Of a DNA stretch of 64,000 nt, positions 37,363 to 51,324 are shown one piece after another (position 1 is the first letter of the stretch; each line of letters opens with the position of its first letter). Both the position numbers and the translations under genes were made by a program. This DNA comes from Phoronis australis. Lineage: Eukaryota; Animalia; Phoronida. The stretch covers positions 332,073-396,072 of the forward strand of contig NMRA01000375.1 of NCBI GenBank assembly GCA_002633005.1, in the 5' to 3' direction. Below the pieces are notes generated by a model, which did no database searches, was not told the origin of the DNA, and saw only the letters and a list, made by a program, of their open reading frames with translations.

Positions 37363-40300
37363 AATTTACATACTTTAGGCAATTCCCTAGTCTCCGGTGC
37401 GTTCTGAACTTCTGGCGACAGGGTTTTGAGGGAGTGAGGTGCCGGACTTGGCTAAGTAGGATAACTACTGTAGCTTATTAGGGTGTCGCTAAAACGATCG
37501 GAAACCCTGCAGGGCCGGGTTTAAAGGATACTAAACCCTGTTTTGTTGATTTCAACTATTCCTCGTTCTGTTCTCTGCTGACCGGACACCAATGGCGTAT
37601 CACTTGAGTGATAAAAAAAGCTGAATACAGTCAACTAAAATCACATACTTGCTATGCCACAGACATGGTTCTTGGTGGGTATCTTTTCCTACAGTTTTCG
37701 TGGAACTCGCTTCAGTAATGCACCACTCAGTCGCGCCTGCCCATTCGACAGACTTTGTAAGGACTATTCAAAATTTGCTACAAACTTTTAAGGGTTGACG
37801 AGGGTTTCAGAGCATTATTTTGTTATAGCATGGGAGAATTGATGTTAATAGGCCAAAACCGAGAGAGCAAAGTTATTTTCTGAGACCAGCTTCAGCTTGG
37901 ATTCGAGCCTGCATTCCCCGCTGGCGTAGGTAAATCGTACTTGATTGACGCTGTATGTTAAGTGCATTTATCTTGTAGAGTAGGCGGCTGACAACGGCTT
38001 GAATTGGCGATTTGTAATTGAAATAAAATCACAAAAACACAACGGATTTCTTTATCTTATAGTTCTGCTCAAGGCTATTAACTTCAAGAAGCATATCCCA
38101 TCCAACAATAATAACTTCAAGCAGTCTATTCCACCCATCAATAATCCCACTTTCCTATCGTAAAATCGAAATATTCCTTTGAATGGCACCCAGTTGTGTG
38201 ATACTTTGATTGATCACCATTTCCTCAAAACATCCTTTTGTAGTGGTTTGAAATCACCAAACTCATAATAACAACCCTTAGATTTGTATTCTTTTCAACA
38301 CAACAAGCCGAATTATAAAGCTAATTTCTGTAGAATTCTGTTACAAAAATGAACCCGTTTGTATCCGGCGTCACAGCTCAACAAGTGAACCTTTTCACAA
38401 AAAAGTTCATTGGAAAGGCACCCGCCATTGCTCTGTAATCTGAAGTGTTCTATCATCGACTTCTGGATTCACGAGTACATTGCGCAGCGATGATTGCATT
38501 ACACTCGATCATGCGAATTCAATGCAAGCGTTATCAAAAGAGCACGTTGTCGTTCCTTGGTACCAACTGTAGAGAAGCGATTGCCTTTCCGTTTCCAGCG
38601 ACCAGTCCTATTCGACTAGTGACCGGCCTGTTGGCCTAATTAGCATGAAGATACGCTAGAGGGGGGCGGGGGTAAATCTTGGTCACGAATATGTTTTCCC
38701 ACGCCTTCTCAGATTGAAGCTGGATCAATCTCCGACTTCTACGGCGTAAGAAACTAGTCAATCAAAGTAAGATTTTATAGCCTTCAATAGTCTAAAAGTT
38801 ACTTGTCTATTTTTAAATGATAAATTTTTGGCCTATTGGCCTGCGTCCTAATAATTGAACACTGCCTGATCTGCCTTGTACAAGCAGGTTGTTTGCTAAC
38901 TTGCGAGCACCTGTGTCTATCGAGGACAGACGTTTGCCCTCTGTTGGGTAAGAGAACCTCTTGTGCCTATAAATAATTAACACTGTGACGCTTGCGCATT
39001 AATTAGTTGCATGCTGGCGCGTTTGCCCTGCTTAATACCATGAGCGTATTATAGAAGGAAATAGCAATAATCTAAAGTCAGAAAAAATATAATTTGATAT
39101 TTCGATTGGTTTTGAATTGATGGGAAATGAAACTAGACGAGTTGCGAGTTTTCACACTTTTGTGCTTTTTCAAAACACGTCTATATTTATTACGTAGGGC
39201 AAAAAAATTTACAAAAATAGGCAGTCTTAGTACCACGGCATTTCTGGGCACACCGAAAATTTCAGCCGACCATTGTTAGATTTTGTTAGGACACGCAGCT
39301 TCGCCATTTTTGTACCATGATTTTTTCGATGCATCACTTGAAAAAAATGACTTAATTTGAATTTTAACCGTCTTGTTCGCCAAACTCGGATACATCCAGT
39401 TCAAGTATACATTTGACATTCTAGTACTTTGGTAACACCGTCTGGTCTTTTCTTTAGTGACCAGAATAAAGTCAAGTAGTGCGAGAATGGATTTGATAAC
39501 TGTTGGAGATTCTCATCCGTGTGCAGTGGTATTGCAATCGGTTCAACAAAAGCGTGCGAAATCCATACGACATCATTTGGCATGGGAAGTCATACTCCTG
39601 GGGTTAAATTTTGCGGCAGTTTCGTTATCTGCGTTGTCGTATTATGCTTTCCACGATGGATCGGGCAAAGGTATACATAGATAAGCATGTGTGAACTGTC
39701 ACCAGCCTTGACGGGTAGTTTTGACCACTTGCGTGTTTTATTAGTCCAAGTAAGATATTTAGATACTGTCACCTTCGTTTGGTAAGTGGAAACTTCCTTA
39801 CGTTTATGCTTTTTTAGGTGTGCGCCTCTATTACTAAAAGAGCGCAGTGCCACTATAATGCAAGTCTTTGGTGTGGTTTCATGAAAAGCATGGGAGCGGG
39901 TACGTTTTCAATACCACTCAGAGACCTGCCGTCACGAAGGTCTACGTTTGCCACGTAGGATCACACACCACTGTGTTGTGTGTTATCACCACACGTTAGC
40001 TATTTCTCATGAACAATCTGAACTTTGTGGTGTATTCTGAAGTCGTTAAAAATCTGCTGCTTTTCAGTTTTCATCGAAGATGTAAAACCGATTCAGAGAC
40101 TAATAATCTGGCCAGTCGCGCACAATCAACAGGGGCAAACAAAATCACGTCATTGGAATGTAACTTTCTCACTTAAAGAAAACAGATCTGTCGTCTGATT
40201 TGGGGCTGACGACAAGAAGGCGTATCAGACATCTGACTACCGATCTCGTGATTTTTTAGGTGATCGTTTAAACGTCCAATGTGCCTTCTGATCGGACGCT

Positions 40301-40550
40301 ATTGTATTAAAAACAGAAGGTACAGTGAAATACCGTTGCACTGTTTTGGCGGAGGTTTTCACTTCTGCTTGTCCATTTCACCATATTGTAGGCCCATTTA
40401 CAAATGCGCATGTCTGCTCCCGGAAGTTACAGTGGCGTTGCGCTGTCCTCTTAATGGATAATGTTCCGTTGTATCAAAAAGTTTAGTCTAAGCAATTTTG
40501 ATTAAATTTTCTTTAAGGTTTGATCTGAAGAGCCACGAGGGGACAGATAA

Positions 40551-41115
40551 ATGGCCCCATCTACTCCTGTGGCGGACGTGCCAGTGGTCGATTTTAGCAG
40601 ATTAACAACGAAGAGAGACGACGTTGCAAAACAAATAGTTGACGGACTCAGAGATGTCGGATTTTTAGCCATAAAGAACGTAGCAGGTGTCAACACAGAC
40701 AGAGTGCATCGACTGTGTGAATGGTTCTTCAGTCTACCAACGGCCTCCAAGCTGTCTTTGTCCAGGAGACGGTGGAACCCTGACAGCTCTAAAGTATACA
40801 GGGGATACTTCCCAAATGATCCGTCCAACTCGAGCAATAAAGAAGCTTTCGAAATGGGTCTTCCTCTTCCCGAAGATGACCCGGAGTTGTTGGCGGGAAA
40901 CGTGCTCTACGAGAACCCGCTCTGGCCGCCTGAAGATGGCGCCGTCAATTTCCAACAAGAAATGTGCGCGTACTACGAGTTGATGCACACCAATGCGACA
41001 GAGATCATGAGACTGATTGCCACCGGCCTTGGTCAGGATGAGCACGTCTTTGATCACATGTTCGTCAACAAACCGCTATCTACTCTGCGTTTACTCCACT
41101 ACCCCCCTCGACAAG
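40551..41115 (+). CDS. 2OG/Fe(II) oxygenase, isopenicillin N synthase-like; coding exon 1
   Basis: VPVVDFS..GFLAIKN..FFSLP..YRGYFP..KEAFEMG..NPLWP..LRLLHYPP (DIOX_N-type); donor AAG|gtaat after 41115 (phase 1). Confidence 0.9.
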
Positions 41116-41380
41116 GTAATGAGTTAGCCGACGTGTTATTTACTCGAGGAGGTGAGGTTACTTACGTGCGTGGGACGCCAATGCTGTGTGTACCGCTATG
41201 ATATTTTCGGGTTTTCGTTGCTAGATGTCCCCATGTTATTTCCTAGGATAGGGTTCACTAACAGGGTTAGGAACTCAACTGCAGGGTTCATTTTGGAACA
41301 GAACTCCACAAGGGGTGGGGTTCATTTTAACAAGGTTACAGTCCAACATGCTGTTTGTTGAATTTCTACTCTATGAATAC

Positions 41381-41736
41381 TTAAAGCTGTATTTCGTTCT
41401 GCATAACTGACTAAAAAGGAAAACCGAATTTGTCCTTTTACTCAAATGGAATTGTGACTCATAACATACCTTTAGTGATAGTACTCTATTTCCGTTACTG
41501 GCTCACGTCACAGGCAATGCGCAATTCGGATGTGTAGTGACGGCGTGTCATGGCAGTGGATGACACAATTTGGACCCGAAAATAAGAATAGAATGCCGTC
41601 AAACTGGGTCCAAAACGTCACAGTGGTAACGGAGGTAGAATCTTGTTAGTGTAAGGAACGTTGTGAGACTAATTTGATGTGAAAGTAATATGCCTAATCC
41701 CATTTTAGCTAATTAATTAGGGCGAAATGCAATTTA
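41381..41736. mobile_element. Foldback MITE (TTAA-AG start, Kolobok-like) in oxygenase intron
   Basis: ttaaagctgtatttcg ... cgaaatgcaatttat; arms imperfectly complementary; related to 25609-25962. Confidence 0.5.
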
Positions 41737-42164
41737 TAGCCTTTTATAAGTATCGAAAATAGTGTAGTAGCCTAACCTTCGTAAAAGTGCGTGGACGTTG
41801 ATAATTCTCATCAGTTCGTTACGACAAGCTAGCTCAATTAGACGATTTTTTTACATGCGCATGATAAATCATGATTGTTTCATTACATATAGAATGCTGT
41901 AGTTATAGTGCATTCGTTCAGCAGTTTGGACCGGTATATACCAAATAAAGCTGGAGAAATTTCATCACTAATTTTTGAGAAATACGTACAGTTAAATTCC
42001 ACCTTCTGTNACTACCCGGGCTGTGGGCAATGTCGGGGATGTAACGGAGCTCAATAACGCAAGGCTGTCAAGCTTTATTTTGGCGATAGTCTTTACACAG
42101 CTATCTGACCGGTTACGTCATAACCCGCAGTATCACACAAAGGCCTTAACTACTCAGTCCCCGG

Positions 42165-42280
42165 CGGTCCTGTTTTGTGGTGGGGCGGTCATGTTTTTAG
42201 GTGCGTCAGTCCTGTTTTGTGGTGGGACGGTCATGTTTTTAGGTGCGTCAGTCCTGTTTGGGTGAGGCGGTCATGTTGTT
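42165..42280 (+). repeat. 42-bp minisatellite, ~2.7 copies
   Basis: Unit gtcctgttttgtggtggggcggtcatgtttttaggtgcgtca repeated. Confidence 0.8.
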
Positions 42281-43168
42281 TCTCACCCGTGAATTTGTCT
42301 AAATCAATTTCTTTGACATAAGCGTGGTTTCATAACAGCTTTGTAGAAGGAAACGTTTCGGGAAACGGTTCATGCGGACTGTTGTGTGACCTTGGTGAGC
42401 TGTGGCAGTTTCGAGTTGACGTTGCTTCATCTGGGTGAAACTACAGAACAAATTGTGTGGCAAGAAATTCAGCGTGTTGGTTGGGCCAAAAACCACAATT
42501 GGCTCTGGTCAGTTTTTGAAAATCTTTCGAGTTGTTTTGGTGCATCTTTTTAGTTGCTAAAATTTTCAAAAAAGAATGTCCACCCACGACTGACAAAATA
42601 CCCTTGTTTACGTGCCTTTGTGAAGTTTTCAGAAACATGAAACCTTGGCCGTGACACGGACTGACGTTTTTAGACGGAGAGCGCAAGTCTCAAACTGAGT
42701 CGGGGTAAAGACCGGAACCAATTTTGTTTTGCAGCCTTAGATTACGTTTTTCACTGTTGGGCACGAATAACGCATGACCACATCGGTTCACGATAGTAAC
42801 GAATTAAAAGATTAACAATTTTCTATAAACTGATTTTTCGAACGTTATTCTGAAGGAAGGAAAACAATCGGTTTTAGGACCGAAAACGCATTTTAGGGGT
42901 TATTGTTAGGTTCATGGATTACAGACAACAGATGACTTGTGCGTTTCAGGGACTTGCACTATGAAATTGCGTAAGCCCGATTTCAGGTAAGACACTAGTT
43001 AAGACGGTAAATTTTTCACCAATTACCAGGTTTCGCTCCGATAAAAAACGTAGCCTCAAGTTTACAGTAATCTGCTTAGGACTTCCTTAGCTGCTACCAA
43101 TTTCACCACCTAATTGATAAAAAAGGGCCCAGGTCTGCGAGTTCTTGTGTTATGTTGTTTTATTTCAG

Positions 43169-43635
43169 GCACCATTCCAGACGTTGCGTTGACGGACGAC
43201 GGCAAAACGATACAGTGCGGTGATCACTCCGACTCCACTCTGTTGACGTTACTGGAGACTTTCTCATACGACGGTCTGGAAATCTTGGATAGCGACAACG
43301 TTTGGAAGGCGGTGAAGACTGAGCCGGGTACGCTGGTCATCAACATCGGGGACATGCTGGCTCAGTTCACTGGTGGCCGACTTAAGGCGACACGACACAG
43401 AGTGATCGACTACGGCGTCGACCGCTACTCCGTGCCGTTTTTCTTGGAGCCCAGTTACCATGCAGATATAGGTCGTCCTCCACTGAGACCTGAGACGGAC
43501 GATATGCAACGTAACATGAAGGCGCAGTTGAATGGCGGAAAGCCGTTGAAGTACGGACACTGGCTGGTGAGGACTTTCAAAGAAAAGCAGTATGTGGAGT
43601 ACATGGGACTGGAGAGCGAACTGAAAGAGTTGTGA
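43169..43635 (+). CDS. 2OG/Fe(II) oxygenase, coding exon 2
   Basis: Acceptor tatttcag|GC restores frame (phase 1); HSD..H iron triad (DHSDS, ATRHRV), INIGDML, RYS motif; spliced product 343 aa. Confidence 0.9.
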
Positions 43636-45747
43636 AATCTGTAGCAGAATTCGGGCGGCAGTCACACTTACAGTGTACAAACGTGATAAACTAATTACTC
43701 CAACTGTACCTATACATGTACCATGTTTGCAGACTAAGGGCTTTCACACCTTTAAAAAACACGCAAACATCTATTGTGTAGCTTTGAAACGTACCGTGGA
43801 GAGATCATCACATAGACTGCCCATAGAGGAAAATAAAAATTAGTTATCCTGATACATGTGCAATGTGTGTCATCCTAAACTAGAGACATTTGGACACATT
43901 TTTACGATTGTTAATGTTACAAAAGAAAGTGGACTCTGGAAAATTACAATATTCGTGATAAAACCACAACATTGTTTTGAACACTTCTTGCGGAGTTGCC
44001 AGCATTCGAGAATGACAGAAACAAGAGAACTGTGAAAAGCGTGATTTCCGGATAAAAGCAGGGTATCTGGGTTTATGCCAAAACGCAAGTTTGAAATGGT
44101 CGCCGAAGCACATAAAACGTCCCGACAGCGTTTTTTGTCGAACGGGAAACGTAACAATCAAAAGATCCCGACGGCGATTTTTATTTTTTTGAAGTCACAG
44201 GGAAATTGCTTGTGTCTCAAAAACCCATATGAAAGACCTCGTTTTTTTCTGTAGGGCTATGTCGCGTGGAAAATAACAATAGCTTACGATAATATTTCAA
44301 TTTCGCAGTGTGTCAAAAAGCCAGATGGCGTGGCGGGATGGCGGCCAAAAATATCAAAGGTTAGGATAGTCCGCCAAGAGCGGAACAACTGGCAAGCACG
44401 CTGTCAGCAACCCAAGATAAACTTTTAAATTAAAATTTTATTTCACGGGTATACTAGGTAAATACTGCAGATAACATTGCTGCTCAGAAATAGAATCAAC
44501 AAAAAGCATACGGGCAACAGGTAAACTTTGCATAAATGAATTATTATAGAAACAGTTGAAAATAATAACATTGATAGGCCTATACACACAAACTTAGCTA
44601 CGCAACTGCGAGTATCGGAAATCACCTAAGAACACTTGTTGGTAGAGCTTAAACTTCTCACTTGTAATTGTAAAACAAACACTCAAAAACCAAATGCCAC
44701 CACTTTCTGTAAAACACAGCATCAGAATTTTATCTGCCAAAAACTTCTAATATGTAGTCTGACTCGGTTGTCGAAAGTTATTCAAATACTGGAGATAAAA
44801 AGATCTGTGGCCAGACCCGATTAGACCGGCCCAGCCAGGTCGGTACGTATTAGAATGGCCAGTGTAATTGTCGGGTTTCTTGAATAATTTTGCCGAAAAA
44901 TCGCTGGTTGTCTGCCGAATCGTACCTCCAGAGTCTGGCTTGATGAACAAAAGTGACAAAATGAAAGCGAAACCGAATCAGGCTTGACTTGCTACAACGC
45001 GGCTAGTCCCGGAGTGGCAAGATCATACATGGGTCATGTGCGGAATGTAGCATTACATAAAATACAGTCAGCAGGACTTCCTCGCGCTTGAGCACTGAAC
45101 TGACCATGAGACAGCACAGCTAACCAGTATCAACGAGTGATATGTTGAGTGGGGCTTGGTTGTGGTTCGTATCCGTTTGAATGAACTTGGATATGGAATT
45201 CGCTGCAGGATGGATTCGTTAAGAAGTTGTTTGCATGTCTTTCAGACTCAGGCTGGGAGAATGCATGTGTTTTAGTGACTTGGTTAGGGTCGCAGTCGAC
45301 GCCGAACCGGCTCACGGTTCAGTGACCCGCTTTCAGTTTAGCTTATTTTGTTAGTGTGGCTTCGAAGTCTGAGTGTCCCATCGTTTTTGTTGCCGCAGTA
45401 TACCGTGTACACTGATTACAGTTGCGACACCTGATTTGTCAATCATAACCTTGTCTCCTTCACGGAATTCTGGGCATTGTTTAGCTGTTATAGTGTTTTG
45501 CCATTGGCGGANTCGCTAAGTAATATCAAAACTCAACTGACTACAATATTTACCTCTGGATTCTGTCTCACTGGCTGCGCGGTGACGGTTGTGTTCAAGG
45601 GTGCATCATGGAGCTGGCATAAATTTAAATAAATTACGAATGACAACAGATGTACGGATGATACGAGAAAGTAAAAAACCTAGGGCATCTCGTGGTCAAC
45701 ACTCAACGAGTATTAGAGCGGCGAAGGTGCCAGGTGTGGTTCGACGA

Positions 45748-45785
45748 GACGCCACCTGGTGACCAGGAAGTGGGAACAGGAAGTT
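45748..45785 (+). promoter_or_regulatory. Putative APEX2 proximal promoter elements
   Basis: Tandem ETS-type CAGGAAGT words (~45764, ~45777) and a CTCF-like gacgccacctggtgacc within 80 bp of the ATG. Confidence 0.4.
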
Positions 45786-45827
45786 GTTTTTTCGAACAGC
45801 GCCGCATACAAAAGTCAAATATTAGAA

Positions 45828-45942
45828 ATGAAGATTTTGACTTGGAATTTGAATGGAATTCGCTCATTTAAAGAACCTCTTAAAGTCTTACTTGATTCTT
45901 TAGATGCTGATATAATCTGCCTTCAAGAAACTAAAGTAACGC
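45828..45942 (+). CDS. APEX2: AP endonuclease 2, exon 1
   Basis: [23 protein letters not shown]; donor C|gtaagt, phase 1. Confidence 0.92.
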
Positions 45943-48900
45943 GTAAGTCTTTTACGAACAATTGCTTGAAAACTTAAAGCAAAAGATTTGGCGCGCAAAT
46001 CGAGTGTTTGAAAACGAAACTAACCCACGGCCACATGCGTTCTATTAGTCTCCGATACATCATGTAATATTTATACATCATGTAATATTATAATTCATTG
46101 GATACGATCAAAAGCTAAGGACACCTGAGAAATAATCTTGCCTAAATCATGGACTCACTCAAACCAAATAAAGCCTACTAAACGATCGGTGTCGAAAGTG
46201 AGGACAGTTCTACGCACAGGCTGCCACAGGCGCTTGACTCGAGTTTATCTGTTCCTTGATCGTAAATGACGTCACTCAATACTAAGACAACATTAAGGTT
46301 GGACACTCAAAATCTGTTTGCTCAGAATTCTCTACTCAAATGTGCATGGAACTCCAAGAAACTATCATCGAACAAGTCTTAGAATACCTTCTTTCATTTG
46401 ATCTCTTCAAATTGCCTTCGACTTCGAGTGGTGATTTGACTACAAAAATGCCAAAAGAATGTCAAAATCACAAATTCAAGGACCTTATTCCGTGATGTCA
46501 TGGCAGACGGTCTTCGCACATTCGGGTTTTTGGCGGACGCTCCCGAGCTAAATCCGAAAGTCTATTTTCGCGCGCCTTTCGTCGTCAATCCCTCGACTAC
46601 TTGGGCATGAGAAGCAGAGAGCACTTTAAAAATATCATTGCCAAATGTATGTAACTACTCAGATATTTGTGTCAAATATACTGATACTGTATTGATATGC
46701 GAAGTTTGCCAAAACCATTGAGTTAACTTGTCGGCCACGCGCATTGTAATATTTGCACGGACTGCATTTCCTGGCCGAGTGTGTGTTGTGTTTCAATCAT
46801 AAAAAATGCGTGATGTCAAGATGAGAAACAAGATACGTACGCCAGTTTATGCAACAAACTTCTAAGTTAAGGGCTAAAATGAACTGTGAGTGGAATAAAG
46901 TTACAAATAATCATTAAAATACTAACTTTAACATTCTCAATTAGTTGAGTTTTGGATTAGAATTATTGAATTTGAAATACAGGTAGCTTGCTCAAACTCG
47001 AAGTTTCACCTACGACAGGCGTACAAGTTGAAGCACAACTGAAATCCACCATGTTTAACTTAATGTTTTAGGTCCTTGAATTCAGAGTTTTGAGATTGTT
47101 TTGGAAGTTCCATCGCCAATTCACCACTCACGAGGACAGTTATTTGGATCTAGGAAATATAAGGCTTCGAAGGTTTATGCATTACCAGACTGAGGGATGT
47201 GCACGCAGATTTTATTTGGATTTTGGACAGTTGAAATTGGGAGCCTCGGCTTGGCAAAGTTTAAGTGTCCAACCTTTGTGTTTCTCATATATGGTTATGA
47301 GTCATCGGGGAATTCGAGCCCCTGTGGTTCTACGTAGGAATATTGATGCGTGACTTATGTAAAGTCCGGTCAAACTGTGATGGCTTGCAAACCGTGCAAT
47401 ATTGATTAGCACATTACTGATTAAATCTACCTGGAATAGCCTAGAATAGGATGTAGGATCACAACAACAAGCATTTACAGAAGATGCTAGTTTCTGATAA
47501 AAAGTATAAAGAATGAACTAAGATAGGTACAAAGACAAGGCAGAAGAAGTATTTAAAAAAGATGACGTAATAAATAAATAAGGGTTACAGGAAGAGTTAT
47601 GACTTGTACCTGGAACCAAAGTTTCTAAGTAAGACATGTACACTAAAGCACGACCTGACAGAAATGACTTATCCTGCTTGTGAGCAGATGGAAAAAGCAT
47701 CGAATGTAGAACCAAAATAGATAAGAATGTAACAGAGAACATTTATGATGGAATTTATTAGGCACATGCCATTTCGAGGAAATTGTGCCGCCAGGTCATG
47801 CCAGTTCACGAACAAAAAGTCCAAGGGATACAAATCTTGCTCCGGTAGATGGCCTTTTAGCCACATCAAACGCACCACTCTTCTGTTGCCGTGGCCTAAC
47901 AAGGGAACTTCCCAGTTGGCCTTACTTGTGTTGACATCACCTATGCTTGTCAGTTATTTTTATATGTGGTAAAAAATTAACAGCGACCCCAAAGTAGAGT
48001 TGGAATTCTTTGCAAAATCTCTCGCAATTCCCATAGACATGCTTCATGAACCAGAAAAGATTGTGGAAATAAGTGTTTTCATTGTTCTGTAATTTTTTAA
48101 TTGTAAATTGTATTTTTTGACCAGGTGAAAACTTCTTACTTTAAAGTTATAATTTTGCTAACACCATTTAGAATACTTGAATGCATACCTTCTTACCCGT
48201 AATATGGAGATATGGCCTAATGGGCTAATGACTGTGTTTTTTGAGAAAACTTAAAAACGCAAGTGACCAAGGCTGGTTATCATTTTTTGTTTTTGCCAAT
48301 CAGTCACCGACTAAGGTTATAAGGTATTGCTTGGTTAAAAGCATTCCATAGAAATTATATTAAATAAATAATTGGACAAAAAAGCTTATATTTGAATAAA
48401 TGCTTTTTCTCATGCTATGATACAAATGGGCCAGACTATAAGGCTATTGCCGTACATTAATATATGAGGGTATACTCTACTATAAGACCATGTCCGTGTA
48501 TTCTGGGTAATTTGGTACATAATGTGGTAGGGAATATGCTCACCCCAATGTTGCCTGCTTGCATCAGCAGCGATATGATGATTGAGGACAAGCCTCAAAT
48601 CAATTGCTCACCTTGTATGGCCTATGACTATGGATCATTACTTTATATTTATCTCTGTGAGGTGACTTTACTCCTCGCTAGAAACTACGAAAAGTTAAAG
48701 TATTTCGAGACATTTATTTTCATGCTAAGTTATTCATTGAATACGTAACCAACATTACACACCACATTTTTTTCTCGTAAAGTTTGCACTGTATTCTCGC
48801 GCATCAATATAAGTCGTTCGGCCGTGCGGATTTTTTTTGATATTTTTTCATTCATTTGTTTGAGTTGCTACGGAGCTATGCAAACAAATTAAGGAAGTTT

Positions 48901-49850
48901 GCGCTAAGTTTTATCTGGTTTGCATGTTCAACGACATTGGTGGCATTTGCACGGCAGGTCAGTGCTAGAATTTTGTCGGGTATCATTTTTTCGAAGTGTA
49001 CGTTCGTCCGTTGGCTATTTCAAATTGGCTGCTCCGTCGAATATATCGAGTGGCGCTTCAACTTCTGCGTCGGCAACTAGCATTAGGAGTACGGCAAATC
49101 CTTTGAACTTCGGGTGTGGGTTCTTCAATTTCAAAGATTAAGTGTCCATGTACGGGTAGTTAGCGCTGGATGCAACTTTTCTTGACACTAGTCGTGCGGG
49201 GGATTCTGTATGAAGTCATCTTGATGTCACAGAATAGGAAGGTATTCCCCAAAGATGGCTGCCAGTATTTGCCGATCGTCATGACGTCATTGTGACATTT
49301 ATAGTAAAAATAGACGGCAAAAGTTTCTAATGTCGAGTTATTTCTTAATATTTAGCGAACTTAATTAATGAATTGTAGGTTTCAATGAAATTTATTAATA
49401 ATAAATGTTAAAATTCTTCGTTTAGACTTCATTTTCACCCAGGTTGTTTTGGAACAGGCCATCTTTTTCCCGTCTTGGCCGTGCCGTCCAAAGCCGTCAT
49501 TTTTTTCAAAGGGCCGTCCCAAGGACGGCCAGGACGGCCGCTAGATGAGTCCCTGCTGTGTCGCCAAAATGACAGTACTGTGATATATATTTATTGAAGG
49601 ATACACAGAACATACAAAGAAATAATAACAAACCCAGAAACCGCGAAGCATTATATCTGGGTTGTAAATGACAGTTATATTTTGACTTCAGCAACTCTGA
49701 TTCAACTAGCAAAACTATATGACCTTTTTGATGCTACTCAACATTTTTGTCATTGTTTATAATACAAATGAGAAGAGCCAAATGCACTATAATTGCAGAT
49801 CAACTTTTGTGTCATCTATAGTGCTTGCTCATTGTCTTTTGTTTTTTCAG

Positions 49851-49934
49851 GTGACCAGCTTGATGACACAGTGGCCATCGCTGAAGGATATAACAGTTAC
49901 TTCAGCTTTTCAAGAGTACGGAGTGGCTATTCAG
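49851..49934 (+). CDS. APEX2: AP endonuclease 2, exon 2
   Basis: ttttttcag| (R)DQLDDTVAIAEGYNSYFSFSRVRSGYS(G) |gtaata. Confidence 0.92.
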
Positions 49935-50412
49935 GTAATATTTCTCTCTAGTACGCGGTGGCTGTTTTAGGAGTATTTGTCTTTAGTGCGGAGTGGCTAT
50001 TCAAGTGATATTTCTCTCTAGTACACAGTGGCTATTAAGGTTACGTTTCTCTGTAGTACAAAGTGGCTATTAGTTAGGAATATTTGTCTCTAGTATGGAG
50101 TGGCTATTGAGGTAATGTTTCTCTCTATTAAGAAGTGGATATTAAATGAGGTGGGTATTCAGGTCATATTTCTCTCCAGTATTGAGTGACTATAGATTCA
50201 GGTGTCTGATTCACATATTTCTACACAGAGTCCAAGGCGAGACTTAGACTATGCCAGAACACAAGTCTGATAATCTTCATTTAGACTGTGTGATTAAAAA
50301 TTATCATCAAGTTGTGTCATTTCAGTAATATCTCATTCTAGCATAGACAGGCTATCATGTAATGTCTTGCGTTCTTTCCTATAAAGAGTGGCTATTCAGG
50401 TAATATCTCTCC
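49915..50412 (+). repeat. 35-bp minisatellite derived from the APEX2 exon 2 / intron 2 junction
   Basis: Unit AGTACGGAGTGGCTATTCAG|GTAATATTTCTCTCT at 49915, 49950, 49985, 50020, 50055, 50092, decayed copies to ~50206, outlier ~50385-50412. Confidence 0.88.
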
Positions 50413-51324
50413 CTTTCTTGCTGAATATACAATTTATCTCGTGCTGTGAACATTCGAATAATTTTGTCTAAATTATAACTCATCACTAATTTTGCATAAA
50501 AATGGTTGCCTAAATTGCCACTTTTTCATTTTTCAAGATTGATTGCTTGTTTGTAAATATTGGAAACTTCATCGAATATTCTACACAGCATAAATCTAGT
50601 TATATGCTAAAATTACCTTTATCTTTATTTCCGTGGAGAATTTTGGCAAATTAATATCCCATTTGTGTGCTGAAAAACTAAAGAATTGCCATAACTGAAT
50701 ACACAGATAATGCCTTAACATCCAATTAAATGAAATTTCTACAATTGTTGAATATTTTGCCACGTTATTTAATTTAAGATGAATTACTAAATAACTAAAC
50801 ACCGTTTTTAAACAAAGTAGTCAGAATTGGAGCATTCCCAAATTTATCCAAGGTTAACCCCCCAGTGTATTATATGTAATACATAGTATAGAACATAGAT
50901 ATTATGAATTAACTTGTGATAAAATTTCTTCAAGAAAGAGCACAATGTGGCTGAACAGTGAAATTTTATAATTAATAATAACTATTGAAAAAACTACCTT
51001 CACTTTTGGTGCAGCTGTCGTCATCAAACCCTTGATGGAACATGCAATAGAAAAATGACACTCTGGTTATTCTTTAGGAAACATTACTTTGCACTATTCA
51101 AAGACATAGTCTTGGCAGATGCCTCATTAGAAATGTAGTTGGTGTATTGCAACCCTTGATTTCAAATGTTCCCAACCAGGGGAATTTTCGAATGTTTTTT
51201 TTTTTGCTATCTCAGAAATTTTTGTTTGGCAAATTGTAATCTTAATTGACCTTTGCTATATAAAGTTGTCTGATGTGAGATGCATAGGCTTGTTATGAAA
51301 TTGGTATCCACTCTGTACTTGTAG

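Noticed and set aside
41116-41201. C-terminal tail of the 216-aa ORF
   Set aside because: Intron read-through past the donor; the catalytic half is in exon 2 at 43169.
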